A stretch of 64,000 nt of DNA from Candidatus Marinacidobacterales bacterium (GCA_965219415.1 CBDCNP010000002.1:2528001-2592000); one strand, 5' to 3'; positions 33,073-44,355 are shown, numbered from the stretch's first letter. Made by a program: numbers and translations. The notes: generated from the sequence alone by a model not told the origin.

Positions 33073-33928
33073 ATGCCAGTCCACAACGGCACCGGTGTGC
33101 TCCGGAAGGTGTTGCTTTGTCCATCCCACTTATTACGAGCTTGTTCCGGTTGACGACTACGCGCGAACCGCGATCGAGCGCGGCGACAAGGTCGACCACG
33201 AAAAGGCCGAAGCACAGCATAACGAGTTCGTCGATATCTACCGAGATGCCGGGGTTGAGGTTTTTTGGACCGAGGAGCCGGACCCCACCCGCCACTATGC
33301 GGTCAACGCGCGCGATTTCGCCGTCAACTCGCCTGAAGGGTTCGTCATATGTCGGTTCAAGTACTCCGAGCGTCGAGGAGAAGAGATCCCCGGCGAGAAA
33401 CAACTGAGGAAACTGGGTTACAACATCTACGGACACATCGAGCGCAGGTGCTGGGAAGGCGGAGACAACAAGTACATCGACGACAAGAACCTCGCCACCG
33501 GAACGGGAGAGCGAAGCACCTGACCTGGCATTCAAAACGCGCAAGACATATACGCGAAACAAGGCATCAAAGTGCATGGCATTCCCTTCCCACCGAAATG
33601 GACCCATCTCAATTGTCTCTTCGCTCCCATCGCGCCGAAGCTGGCCTTGATCGTGAAGTCCGAGGTTCCGGACTGGTTCGTGGGATTCCTCGAGGGTCGA
33701 GAGTACGAGCTGATCGACATCCCGGTCGACAAGGCCGAAGGAGAGGTGGCGCTCAACGTACTCTGCTTAGGGAAAGATCGCGTTATCTCCTACAAGGACA
33801 ACTCCTACATCAATGACATCCTTAAGAGCCACGGGCTGACAGTTTATGCGCCGGATCTGAGCGAATACACCGAGCGCGGCCAGAGACCGCATTGTCTAAC
33901 CTGCGAGCTAGATCGAGACCGAGAATAG
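33073..33928 (+). pseudogene. Amidinotransferase/DDAH/arginine deiminase family, frameshift near 33124 and in-frame TGA at 33521
   Basis: MPVHNGTGVLRKVLLCP|PTYYE, NARD, EGGD, THL, PHCLT. Confidence 0.8.
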
Positions 33929-33930
33929 AA

Positions 33931-35343
33931 ATGATTCTCCCAACGCTTCTCCTCTTGGCTTCCACAGCGTCTCCACCTGCAATCGACGAACAGAGCAAAA
34001 AGGTAGACGCCCTCTTCACGGATTGGGACACCACCGAGACTCCGGGTGCCGTCGTTGCCGTCATCAAAGGTGGAAAGATCATTTACCAGAACGCCTACGG
34101 AATGGCGGATCTCGAACGCGACGTTCCGTTGTCCCCGAAGTCCCTTTTCGACATCGCTTCGATTTCCAAACAGTTCACGGCGCTGAGCATTCTTTTGCTC
34201 GAGGAACAAGGCAAGCTTTCTCTCGACGACGACATCCGGACTTACCTCCCAGATTTTCCAGACTACGGACACGCCATCACCATCCGCCACATGATCCATC
34301 ACACCAGCGGCCTTCGTGACTATATGGACCTCATGGGGCTGGCGGGGATGCCCTGGGAGAACACTTATCACCCGCTGGAGATCGTCGACCTCGTCGCCCG
34401 ACAAAAGGCGCTCAATTTCAAGCCGGGAGACGAGTATCTCTACAGTAACTCCGGCTATCTGTTGCTGGCGGAGATCGTACACAAAGTCTCTGGACAGACT
34501 CTGGGCGAGTTTAGCGAGCAGCATATCTTCAAGCCGCTCGACATGAACGTCAGTCATTTCTACGAGGATTTCACCCGTATCGTCAAGGATCGAGCCCTCA
34601 GCTACTCACAAAAAGAATCGGGTGGCTACAAGAACTACCAGTACATTTTCGATGTGGTCGGAGACACGGGCCTTTTGATCAACGTCGGGGATCTGCTCCT
34701 TTGGGATCAAAATTTCTACCACAACCAGTTGGGCAAGGGAGGACCGAAGCTGATCGAACAAATGCTGACTCCTGGCGAGCTCAATAGCGGTGAGAAAATC
34801 GACTACGCCTTTGGACTCAGAATCGACACGTACCGAGGCTTGAGGGTGGTCAGTCACGGTGGTGGCGCTGCGGGTTATAGCACGCAGATGATGCGCTTCC
34901 CCGAACAGAAGTTCACTGTGCTCGTCCTCTCTAACCTTGGCGAGTTTTCCCCGGCGGAGCTCGCTGGGCAAGTGGCCGACCTTCACTTGTCCGATGAATT
35001 CACCGCCCCGAAACCAGAGGACGGACCAAGAGAGCGCCCCGACCCACCGGCGCCGGTTGAATTGAAGCTTAGCGCCGATGAGCTAGATGAGTATGCGGGT
35101 CACTATTACAGTGCCGAGCTCGAGACCACTTATATCGTTCGTGTCAATCCTTCCGGGGAAGGGAATTTAACATACCATATCGAGTTTTCACCGGTGGACG
35201 TTCAGCTCGTTCCGACCGGACCCGATGAGTGGTACGCCAGTCGCACACAACTCAGTTTCCTACGCGACCGTAATGACAGGGTCACCGGCCTCAATGTGAG
35301 ATCCCGCCGGATCAGAAACATTTATCTTGAGAAGGCCCGTTAG
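33931..35343 (+). CDS. Serine hydrolase (beta-lactamase/D-aminopeptidase family)
   Basis: IASISKQFT (SxxK), YSNSGY, HGG. Confidence 0.92.
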   Translation: MILPTLLLLASTASPPAIDEQSKKVDALFTDWDTTETPGAVVAVIKGGKIIYQNAYGMADLERDVPLSPKSLFDIASISKQFTALSILLLEEQGKLSLDDDIRTYLPDFPDYGHAITIRHMIHHTSGLRDYMDLMGLAGMPWENTYHPLEIVDLVARQKALNFKPGDEYLYSNSGYLLLAEIVHKVSGQTLGEFSEQHIFKPLDMNVSHFYEDFTRIVKDRALSYSQKESGGYKNYQYIFDVVGDTGLLINVGDLLLWDQNFYHNQLGKGGPKLIEQMLTPGELNSGEKIDYAFGLRIDTYRGLRVVSHGGGAAGYSTQMMRFPEQKFTVLVLSNLGEFSPAELAGQVADLHLSDEFTAPKPEDGPRERPDPPAPVELKLSADELDEYAGHYYSAELETTYIVRVNPSGEGNLTYHIEFSPVDVQLVPTGPDEWYASRTQLSFLRDRNDRVTGLNVRSRRIRNIYLEKAR

Positions 35344-35362
35344 TGAACAGGTAGGACATGCC

Positions 35363-37036
35363 ATGAAGATCACTCTCTTTCGATGCATAGCATTCACCGC
35401 CGTCATCTCCTTGGTCATCATCGCGACCACGCCAGCAGGCGATCGGCCCGCGCCGGGGGCCAAGATCGGGCGCTCGCCCGTCCTGGCCACCCAAGGAATC
35501 GTCGCGACAAGCCAGCCTCTCGCCGCCGCCGCCGGTCTCCGGTTGCTCCAGGAGGGCGGAAACGCCATCGATGCTGCCGTTGCGACGGCTGCGGTGCTCA
35601 ACGTGGTGGAGCCCATGATGTGCGGCATCGGCGGTGACCTTTTCGCGCTCGTCTATCATGCGGAATCCGAAAAGCTCTACGGCTTGAACGCGACCGGCCG
35701 CGCCGGCTCTCGCTCCTCGGCGGCGAAGCTTCGCGAGCAAGGCCTGACCCACATGCCGGGCTCCGGCATTATCTCCGTGACCGTGCCCGGTGCTCTCGAC
35801 GGTTGGGAGCAATTGCGTTCGCGCTTCGGGACGCGCCCCCTGGCAGAGCTTCTCGAGCCTGCTATCCGTTATGCCGAGGAAGGGTTCCCGGTCTCCCAAA
35901 TCATCGCCACCGGCTGGCAATTCTCAGAAGAGAAGCTCCTGCGCCAACCCGATGCCGCCGACACCTACCTCATCGAAGGGCGGGCACCTCGCCACGGCGA
36001 GATCTTCCGATCTCCGGATCTGGCCAAGACGTTTCGCAAGATCGCCGCAGAGGGGCCGGATGTTTTCTATCGAGGTGAGATTGCTCGTGCGATCGCGGAC
36101 TTCGTCCTATCGGAAGGCGGCTCGGTCACCTACGAAGATCTGGCCAATCATCGGTCCGACTGGGTCGACCCCATCTCGACGAGCTATCACGACTTCACCG
36201 TCTATCAGATGCCGCCCAACTCGCAGGGTTTCGTGGCACTCGAAATGTTGAACATTCTCGAGGGCTACGATCTGGAGAACCTCGGGCACAACTCCTCCGA
36301 ATATCTTCATCTGCTGATCGAAGCGAAGAAGCTCGCCTTCGCGGATCGGGACGCCTATCTGGCAGACCCGGAGAAATCACCGGTCCCGGTCGAGAAGCTG
36401 CTCTCGAAGGAGTACGCGAAGACTCGCCGGGCGCTCATCGATCGCGATCGTATCGCGAGTGAAGTGGCCCCGGGCCTCGACGATCAAACGGAGACCGTTT
36501 ACCTGACGGTCGTCGACAAGGATAGGAACGCCGTCTCTTTAATCTATAGCGTCTTCTCGAATTTTGGATCCGGCCGCGTCGTCCCCGGCACCGGGATCGC
36601 CCTTCAGAACCGAGGCACGGGTTTCTCGCTCGTGCCCGGTCATCCCAACGAGCTCGCCCCCGGCAAGCGCGCCCTCCACACCAACATGCCCGGCATGGTC
36701 TTCAAAGAGGGTCGGCCCTGGATGAGTTACGGCGTGATGGGCGGCAACATGCAGCCACAGGGTCACACCCAGGTGCTCCTCAACATGTTCGAGTTCGGGA
36801 TGAACGTGCAGGAGGCGGGTGAGGCGCCCCGTTTCCGACACCTCACCGGCCGAAACGTCGCGCTCGAATCGGGTGTCGACATCGAAGTTCTACAGGAGCT
36901 CATCAAAAAGGGTCACCAGCCCATGACGCGCATGGGAGTCTATGGCGGATACCAGGCCATCCGGATCGATTGGGAAACCGGCGTCCTCATAGGAGGCTCC
37001 GACCCCCGTAAGGACGGGGCCGCCGTGGGCTATTGA
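35363..37036 (+). CDS. ggt: Gamma-glutamyltransferase
   Basis: GGNAIDAAVA, ETVYLTVVD nucleophile Thr, GVMGGNMQPQGH, SDPRKDG. Confidence 0.95.
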   Translation: MKITLFRCIAFTAVISLVIIATTPAGDRPAPGAKIGRSPVLATQGIVATSQPLAAAAGLRLLQEGGNAIDAAVATAAVLNVVEPMMCGIGGDLFALVYHAESEKLYGLNATGRAGSRSSAAKLREQGLTHMPGSGIISVTVPGALDGWEQLRSRFGTRPLAELLEPAIRYAEEGFPVSQIIATGWQFSEEKLLRQPDAADTYLIEGRAPRHGEIFRSPDLAKTFRKIAAEGPDVFYRGEIARAIADFVLSEGGSVTYEDLANHRSDWVDPISTSYHDFTVYQMPPNSQGFVALEMLNILEGYDLENLGHNSSEYLHLLIEAKKLAFADRDAYLADPEKSPVPVEKLLSKEYAKTRRALIDRDRIASEVAPGLDDQTETVYLTVVDKDRNAVSLIYSVFSNFGSGRVVPGTGIALQNRGTGFSLVPGHPNELAPGKRALHTNMPGMVFKEGRPWMSYGVMGGNMQPQGHTQVLLNMFEFGMNVQEAGEAPRFRHLTGRNVALESGVDIEVLQELIKKGHQPMTRMGVYGGYQAIRIDWETGVLIGGSDPRKDGAAVGY

Positions 37037-39226
37037 TCTGAACCTCTGATCGCTCGCCCATAGAATTACCGCATCGAAAAGGCGACCAATGATCGGCCGA
37101 ACCCTTTCTCACTACAAGATCCTCGACGAAATCAGCCGCGGTGGTATGGGAATCGTCTACCGCGCCCGGGACATCAAGCTGAACCGCGACGTCGCCATCA
37201 AAGTCTTGCCCCCGGACCTGGTGGCCGATCCGGAACGTAAGCGCCGCTTCGTTCAAGAAGCTCAGGCCGCAGCCGCCCTCCACCACCCCCACATCGCGGT
37301 CATTCACGAGATCGACGAAGTCGATGGCGTAACGTTCATCGCCATGGAGCTCATCGAGGGCAAGAAGCTCCAGGACCTTCTCCGCCAGGATAGACTCCCG
37401 CTCGCCCGTTCTCTCGATGTCGCCACCGAAGTTGCCGAGGGTCTCTCTCGCACCCACGCCAAAGGAATCGTGCATCGCGACCTGAAGCCCGCGAACATCA
37501 TGGTCACTGAAGACGGCCACGCCAAGGTCATCGATTTCGGGCTTGCCAAGCTGGTCGAGCCGGTCGGAAGCGGTGACAGTGACGCAGAAACCGGACTTCG
37601 CGGGGAAACTGATCCCGGCAAAGTGATGGGCACCGTCTCTTACATGTCCCCCGAGCAGGCACGGGGTGTCGAAGTAGACCATCGCACGGACGTGTTCGCA
37701 TTGGGAGTGGTCCTCTACGAGATGCTAAGCGGCCAGCTTCCCTTCCGAGGAGCAACCGCAGCCGACACCCAGAGCGCGATTCTCACCAAGCCAGCGCCTC
37801 CAGTCCCTCTTCAGGGAGAGGGCGTTTCAAGCGAGGCGTCCTCCGAACTGCAGCGGATCGTCGACAAATGCCTGGCCAAGGACGCTGCCGAGAGGTATCA
37901 GGGGATCAAAGACCTGATCGTGGATTTGCGCGCGGCGCGCCGCCGTCTTGAAACAGGATCTGTTCCGGTGGTGGTCGCGCCGGCAACGACGCGCCCCACG
38001 AAACGAACCCCTCTCGTACTGGCTGGGCTGGGTCTATTGGCTCTAGTCGCTGCTTCTCCATTCATCTTTCGAGGCTCCCCGCCAGAAGACACACCCGCCG
38101 ACGAACGAAAAAGAATCGTCGTCCTGCCTTTCGAGAATCTAGGCCCGCCCGAGGATGCATATTTTGCCGCCGGTATGACGGAAGAAATCACCAGCCGCCT
38201 CGCGGTGGTGAGCGGACTGGGCGTCATCTCACGAAGCAGTGCCGTCCAGTATGAGAAGTCTGGCAAGAGCGCCAAGCAGATAGGAGAAGAGCTGGGGGTT
38301 GACTACATCCTGGAAGGAACCGTGCGCTGGCAGAAGGGCGAGAAGGGCTCGAGCAGGGTGCGGGTGACTCCCCAGCTCATCCGAGTCTCCGACGACACTC
38401 ACGTGTGGGCGGAGCGCTACGATCAGGTAGTGGAAGATTTCTTTCAGGTCCAATCTGACATTGCTGAAAGCGTCATCGAGGAGCTGGACGTCGCCTTGCT
38501 AGGCCGAGAGAGCGAGGCTATCCAAGCTCACCCCACCGACAACCCGGAGGCCCACCAGGCCTACCTCCGCGGCGTCGAGCATGTTGAAGCCCCGGACTCC
38601 TGGTTAGAGTCGAGGGGTCGTCTGGCCATTGAGATGTTCGAGAGAGCGGTGGAGCTCGACCCCGGTTTTGCTCTGGCCTACTCGAGGCTATCGATGGCTC
38701 ATTCGAGCTTCTTCTTTCTATGGCACGATTACACGGAGGAGCGCTTAGCTAAGGCCATGGAAGCCGTGAACCAAGCGCTTTCGCTTCAGTCCGACTTGCC
38801 GGCGGCTCACTTGGCGCTCGGGTATTACTTCTACCATGGCAAACGAGAGTACGACCGAGCTCTAGCGGAGCTTGCCATCGCCGAGAAGGGGCTTCCCAAC
38901 AGCAGCCTCGTCTTCGAAGCGAGGGGCTATATCCGGCGCCGTCAGGGTCACTTTGAAGAATCCCTCGAGCATCTCGAGAAGGCCATTGAGTTGAACCCGC
39001 TCGCCGTCAATCTCCTCGAAGAACAAGCCGGCACTTACACTGCGCTTCGAAGATATGAAGAGGCGGAGCGTTACTACGACCTTGCCATCTCTGCCGCTGC
39101 CGATGCGATAGGCCCGTATCTCCGCAAAGCCCTTATGGAATGGCTCTGGAACGGGAGGGTGAGGGATGGCCCTGCCCGGGTTTTGTGGACACCAACCGAG
39201 GCGCGACAATGCGCCTGGAGGCGTCC

Positions 39227-39523
39227 ATGGGAAAACGACGACGCAGGAAGTTCACGGGGGAGTTCAAGAAGGAAGCGGTCCGGTTGTTCAGGGAAGGCGA
39301 GCGCAGCATCGGCCAGGTCGCTAAGGAACTGGACCTGACGGAATCATCCCTTCGAAACTGGGTGAAACAATACAAAGTTGATCACGGTGAAGGTCCACGC
39401 GAGGCTCTGACGACGGCGGAACGTGATGAGCTGGGTTCGCTACGACGTCGAGTGCGCACGTTGGAGCAAGAGCGAGAAATATTAAAAAAGGCGGCGGCCT
39501 TCTTCGCGAAAGAAAGCGAATGA
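39227..39523 (+). CDS. IS3 OrfA
   Basis: RRKFTGEFKKEAV HTH; ILKKAAAFF with A6G frameshift site at 39484-39490. Confidence 0.92.
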   Translation: MGKRRRRKFTGEFKKEAVRLFREGERSIGQVAKELDLTESSLRNWVKQYKVDHGEGPREALTTAERDELGSLRRRVRTLEQEREILKKAAAFFAKESE

Positions 39524-40398
39524 GATTCAATTTCATTCACGCGGAGCGGGCCAACTACCCGGTGCGGGTGATGTGCCGAGTCCTGAGGGTATCGACCAGC
39601 GGCTACTACGCTCAGATGAAGCGCGCGCCCAGCAAGCGACAGTGTGAGGATGGGAAGCTGAAGCTGCGCATCCAAGCGATCCACGCCCATAGCCGTGGTA
39701 CCTACGGCAGGGAGCGTGTACGTCGCCAGCTTGACGGGGAGAACGTCGAGGTGGGCAAGCAGCGAGTGGCACGGCTGATGCGTGAGATGGGTCTGCAGGG
39801 CCTGCCCAGCAAGCGTTTTCGCCGCACGACCGACAGCAAGCACGATCGTCCTGTCGCACCCAACGTGCTCGGTCGGAACTTCGAAGCCGAACGACCGAAC
39901 CAGTTCTGGGTGACGGACATAACCTTCATCCGGACTTGGGAAGGCTGGCTCTACTTGGCGGTCATCCTCGATCTGTTCTCGCGTCGTGTCGTCGGCTGGG
40001 CGATGCAGCCCCACCTGCGCGCGGAGCTTGCTCTCGAGGCGCTTCACATAGCCTTGGGGCGCCGCCTGCCGGAAAGTGGCTTGGTGCATCATTCAGACCG
40101 TGGTACTCAATACGCGGCTGCGACCTACCAGGCCGTGCTCGATGAGTACGGCATCGTGTGCTCGATGAGCCGCAAGGGTGATTGCTGGGACAACGCCGTG
40201 ACCGAGAGCTTCTTCGGCACACTCAAGACCGAACTCCTCCACCGACGTAGTTGGCCAACACGACGTATGGCCAAAGACGCGGTCGCGAGCTACATCGAGG
40301 GGTTCTACAATCCATATCGACTCCACTCGTCACTCGATTACAACAGCCCAATGGTGTTCGAACGGATTCATGATCTCAAAACTGCTCATGCGAGATAA
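39520..40398 (+). CDS. IS3 OrfB (DDE transposase)
   Basis: WVTDIT, HSDRG.QY, CWDNAVTESFF. Confidence 0.94.
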   Translation: MRFNFIHAERANYPVRVMCRVLRVSTSGYYAQMKRAPSKRQCEDGKLKLRIQAIHAHSRGTYGRERVRRQLDGENVEVGKQRVARLMREMGLQGLPSKRFRRTTDSKHDRPVAPNVLGRNFEAERPNQFWVTDITFIRTWEGWLYLAVILDLFSRRVVGWAMQPHLRAELALEALHIALGRRLPESGLVHHSDRGTQYAAATYQAVLDEYGIVCSMSRKGDCWDNAVTESFFGTLKTELLHRRSWPTRRMAKDAVASYIEGFYNPYRLHSSLDYNSPMVFERIHDLKTAHAR

Positions 40399-41045
40399 TC
40401 AACCCGTCCACTTTTCCTGGGCAAGGTCAGGAGGCTCGGGCTGCCCTAGAGACCATGCCGAGTACCGACGACCCATTGGCCGCGCAGTACTGGTTCCGGC
40501 AAGAGGTTATGGAGCGGAACTACGAACAGGCCCTCGAACGGCTTTCTTCCCTAACACTGGAATCCTTTCTGGATCGGCGCTCACTGTGGAAGGCGCAAGT
40601 CTATCAAATGTGGGATAAGCCAGAGCTGGCCCGTGCCGGTTTCGAGGAGGGTCGCATTCTCTTGGAGCGAGAGCTAGAGAGGCAACCGGAGGACCCCTTC
40701 CTCCATACAGCGCTAGGCGTCGCCTACGCCGGCCTCGGTCGCAAAGAGGAAGCGATCCGCGAGGGAAAACGGGCCGTGGAGCTTTATCCTATCTCGGCGG
40801 ACGCTTTTGATGGCCCCGCGCTTATAGAGAACCTCGCTCTCATTTACACGATTGTAGGAGAGCACGACGCCGCCCTAGAGCAGATCGATCATTTACTATC
40901 CATCCCCTCTGGCCTTTCAGTGGGACTCCTCGAGCTCGACCCCTCTTGGGATCCGCTCCGAAAGCACCCACGCTACCAGGAGATCGTAGAGAAGTATTCC
41001 CCTCCAACCTCTGGGACGAATTAAAACCCATCGCCAAACTAGAAC

Positions 41046-41903
41046 ATGCCAAAAAAGACTCGCCCAGCCACCGCGAAGCGGATCGTGCGTAGGACCGTAG
41101 AAGTGCCCGGCAAGCTCCTCGATCTCCAGCGCTACCCCGTGGACCGCCTGTCGAGCCCGGAAGGCGAACGGCTTCTAACGGCGTGTCAGAGTGAATTCGG
41201 TATGAACGGGGCGTGTCTGCTACCCGGCTTCGTGACTCCGGCGGGGGTGGAGCTGATGCTCGAGGAGGCGCGCGCTCGCCTGCCGCGAGCCTTCTTCTGC
41301 CACAAGTCTCACAACGCTTACTTGCTCGATGACGATCCGAGTTTCGACGAAGACCACCCCCGGCGACGCCAACTGGAAACGCAGGTCGGGTCGATCGCGT
41401 GCGATGACCTGCCCGCCGAGGGGGTGCTGCGTCGTTTTTATGCCTGGGACCCGCTCACCCGCGTCATCGGTGCAGTACTCGGCCAGGAGTCCTTTTACCG
41501 TATCGCGGACCCACTCGGCGCGGCGTCGGTCAACGTCTTCGAGCACGGTGCCGCGCACGCGTGGCATTTCGACGAGTCGCTCTTCAGCGTCACGTTGATG
41601 CTCCAGACGGCCGAACGGGGAGGAGGATTCGAGTATGTACCGAACGTCCGTACCCCGGACGATGATGCCTACCAAAAAGTTGGGCGCATCCTGGACGGCG
41701 ATCGGAGTGCGGTGGAGCAGGCGCCTTTCGAGCCCGGGACTTTATTCATCTTTGCCGGTCGCAACTCGCTACATCGCGTCACCCGGGTGGAAGGGGATCG
41801 CCCGAGGCTCGTGCCGGTCCTGTGCTACGACACCAAGCCCGGTTCGATAAACAGCGACGAGGTGCGCACGTTGTTTTGGGGGCGAACGGAGGCACGGTCG
41901 TGA
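41046..41903 (+). CDS. 2OG-Fe(II) oxygenase, ArpA/BesD-like (HxD hydroxylase type)
   Basis: WHFD..SVTLMLQ..GGGFEYVP..GRNSLHRVT..R. Confidence 0.75.
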   Translation: MPKKTRPATAKRIVRRTVEVPGKLLDLQRYPVDRLSSPEGERLLTACQSEFGMNGACLLPGFVTPAGVELMLEEARARLPRAFFCHKSHNAYLLDDDPSFDEDHPRRRQLETQVGSIACDDLPAEGVLRRFYAWDPLTRVIGAVLGQESFYRIADPLGAASVNVFEHGAAHAWHFDESLFSVTLMLQTAERGGGFEYVPNVRTPDDDAYQKVGRILDGDRSAVEQAPFEPGTLFIFAGRNSLHRVTRVEGDRPRLVPVLCYDTKPGSINSDEVRTLFWGRTEARS

Positions 41904-42727
41904 AGGACGGGATCCAGATAGGCGCTGCCGATATCGAGTCCTTCCGCGATGATGGCGCGGTGGCCTTGCGCGGCGTCTTCGACCTTCGTTGGCTCGACAG
42001 TCTAGCAATTGGCGTCGAGAAGAACTTCGCCGATCCCGGCCCCGATGCCTGCCACTATACCCCCGAAGGGGCGTCCGGCGGTTTCTACGACGATTACTGC
42101 AATTGGGAACGCATCGAGGAGTACCGAAATTTCGCGTTGGCGTCGCCCGCCGCAGAGATCGTAGGGCGCCTGATGGGATCGAGACGGGTGCGCTTCTACC
42201 ACGAGCATGTCTTGGTGAAAGAGCCCGGCACTCAAGAGATCACTCCCTGGCACCACGACCTGCCGTATTACGGCTTGGAGGGTACCCAGTTGTGTAGCAT
42301 CTGGTTGCCGCTCGACCCGGTCCCGAAGAGCGCCTGCCCGGAGTTCGTGGCGGGCTCGCACCGTTGGGGGAAGCGCTTCGTTCCGCGAAAATTCGTTAGC
42401 CACCGTAACTACGGAGACGTTCAGGAAGGCTATGAGCAGGTCCCCGACATCGATGCCCAGCGCGCGGACCTGGGAATCCGATCTTGGGAGCTCAAGCCCG
42501 GCGATTGCATTGTGTTCCACATGGCCACCCTGCACGGCGCGCCCGGCACCGCCGCCCTGACCACGCGTCGTCGCGGATTCTCTACCCGCTGGTTGGGGGA
42601 CGACGCCGTCTACGCGACGCGGCCGTGGCCGACCTCGCCTCCGTTTCGCGGCGTCGACGTCAGACCCGGTCGACCCGTCGACGATGCGGCGTTTCCGCTG
42701 GCGTGGACCGCACCGGCCGAGGCGTGA
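41900..42727 (+). CDS. Phytanoyl-CoA dioxygenase (PhyH) family
   Basis: TPWHHD, SIWLPLD, AGSH, GDCIVFH..TLHGA; GTG start overlaps the upstream TGA. Confidence 0.88.
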   Translation: MKDGIQIGAADIESFRDDGAVALRGVFDLRWLDSLAIGVEKNFADPGPDACHYTPEGASGGFYDDYCNWERIEEYRNFALASPAAEIVGRLMGSRRVRFYHEHVLVKEPGTQEITPWHHDLPYYGLEGTQLCSIWLPLDPVPKSACPEFVAGSHRWGKRFVPRKFVSHRNYGDVQEGYEQVPDIDAQRADLGIRSWELKPGDCIVFHMATLHGAPGTAALTTRRRGFSTRWLGDDAVYATRPWPTSPPFRGVDVRPGRPVDDAAFPLAWTAPAEA

Positions 42728-44355
42728 AGCTAACCTTGCTCTCGCCGACACGCTGGCGAGCGATGGCGATCGGCGCGCTTCTGATGGCAACCCTCTTGTT
42801 TCTCGGCGCTCGACAGCAAACCCAAGAAGATTCCCAAGGCGCCCTCCAGCGCGGAATGAAGTCCTACCAGCAGGGCGATTTCACCGCAGCCATCGAGTCC
42901 TTCGAAACGGTGCTTTCCGGCCAGCCCGACAACGTGCACGCTCGCTTCAATCTCGCCCGAGCGCTTCACCAGACAGGAAACTCCGAGCGGGCACTCGAGG
43001 AGATCCTCAAGCTCGAGGGCATAATGAAGGACCGAGCCCGCTACCTCTCCACACTCGGCCAGATCGAAGCGGCTACGGGAAGACTCGCGGAAGCACAAGA
43101 AGCGCTCACCGAGAGCGCCGAGCTTCGCCCGGGGGTGGCACAAACCCAGTATTGGTTGGGCGAAGTACTCGCCTCCCGGGGAGCGCAGCTGGGTGCCATC
43201 GAGAAAATGCAGGAGGCAGCGAGGCTTCAGCCCCGATGGGCTCTGCCGCACAGGCGTATGGGTGAGTTCTGGCTCCAGCTGGGATCTCCAAACCGAGCCA
43301 TTGAAAGCTTGGAGCGAGCCGCGGAGCTCGCACCGGAATCTTCTCCGGTTTGGGGTCTCCTCGGCAAAGCCTATGCGCTGGGAGGTCGGTACGAGGACGC
43401 GGTGCGCGTGCTCGAGAAGGCGCTCGAATTGACGCCAGAGATGGCCCTCGTTCGGGCGCTCCTCGCTGACTCACTCCAGGCTTCTGGGAAAGTCGAACAG
43501 GCCGTGACGGAGTACCGAAAGATGGTCGAGCAAGACCCCGAGAACACGCGTTACCGCATTGAGCTGGCGGAGGCGCTTTACTTGCACGAGCAATTGGAAC
43601 CGGCGCTGCGGGAGCTCGAGCAGGTGCTAGTCCAAGAGCCGCAAAACGGGTTGGTGCTCTATTACATCGGAGTCATCGAGGACGAGCTTGGACAGAAGGC
43701 CGTCGCCCGCGAGCGCCTCGAGGCCGCGGTTGCCTTGCTCGAAAATCAGCCGGCAAGAATGGACTTCAGTGCCGGCCGCGGCGGCGAAAGCTATCCTCTA
43801 CGAATCGCCGCTCAAGTGAGGCTGGCAGGGCTACTCTCCGAATTCCAGGAGCACGAGGCAGCGGCAGAGTCGCTCGAAGCGGTGATTCGGGCCGAGCCGG
43901 ACCACGCCACCGCGCACTATCTTCTCGGCCTCGCCTACCGGGCGCTGGGAAAGAGGGAGGAAGCGCGGAGCGAGCTCAATCTCTTCAAGCAAATCAACGA
44001 CGCGCGGGAGCACGATCAGGCCGCCATGATTGTACTTGAGCGAGGCGACGAGCAACGGGCAATGGAAGAGCTCCAAGAAGCCCTTCGCATCTACCCAACC
44101 GATAGCGTGGCCCACCGGCGGATTGCGAGGCTTTGGGCAAAGCAGGGGGACCCCGAGGCGGCCATGCGGCACCTGGAGCTGGCCATCGAGGCTAGGCCTT
44201 CCTTCGCCGACCCCTATACGGAATTGATGCGGCTCTACTGCCGCTTCGGGCATGTGGAGCGCGCCCGCGCCCTTCTTGAGCGAGCTCTCAAGGATGGTCT
44301 CGTCGTTCCTGGAGTTTGTATTGAAGCCGAGCACTCTCCCGGCGCGGGCGGATAA
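42724..44355 (+). CDS. Secreted TPR-repeat protein
   Basis: GTGA overlap with PhyH; signal-like N-terminus; many TPRs. Confidence 0.82.
   Translation: MKLTLLSPTRWRAMAIGALLMATLLFLGARQQTQEDSQGALQRGMKSYQQGDFTAAIESFETVLSGQPDNVHARFNLARALHQTGNSERALEEILKLEGIMKDRARYLSTLGQIEAATGRLAEAQEALTESAELRPGVAQTQYWLGEVLASRGAQLGAIEKMQEAARLQPRWALPHRRMGEFWLQLGSPNRAIESLERAAELAPESSPVWGLLGKAYALGGRYEDAVRVLEKALELTPEMALVRALLADSLQASGKVEQAVTEYRKMVEQDPENTRYRIELAEALYLHEQLEPALRELEQVLVQEPQNGLVLYYIGVIEDELGQKAVARERLEAAVALLENQPARMDFSAGRGGESYPLRIAAQVRLAGLLSEFQEHEAAAESLEAVIRAEPDHATAHYLLGLAYRALGKREEARSELNLFKQINDAREHDQAAMIVLERGDEQRAMEELQEALRIYPTDSVAHRRIARLWAKQGDPEAAMRHLELAIEARPSFADPYTELMRLYCRFGHVERARALLERALKDGLVVPGVCIEAEHSPGAGG

Larger units (their letters stand above)
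39167..40429 (+). mobile_element. IS3-family element, 1263 bp, intact, with 3-bp target duplication GGA
   Basis: IRL TGGCCCTGCCCGGGTTTTGTGGAC; IRR (rc) TGACCTTGCCCAGGAAAAGTGGAC; GGA at 39164-39166 and 40430-40432. Confidence 0.96.
37089..41024 (+). pseudogene. Ser/Thr protein kinase - TolB_N-like - TPR protein, interrupted by IS3
   Basis: GGMGIVY, VAIK, HRDLKPAN, DFG, TM, VVLPFENL, TPRs; removing the IS and one GGA restores an 889-aa frame (..WNGRVR|EARAALETMP..). Confidence 0.93.

Noticed and set aside
32957-33607. N-terminal 217-aa extension of the 782-aa D-aminoacylase ORF
   Set aside because: It is the antisense of the amidinotransferase gene; the real start is MPERSL at 32956 with a signal-like sequence.
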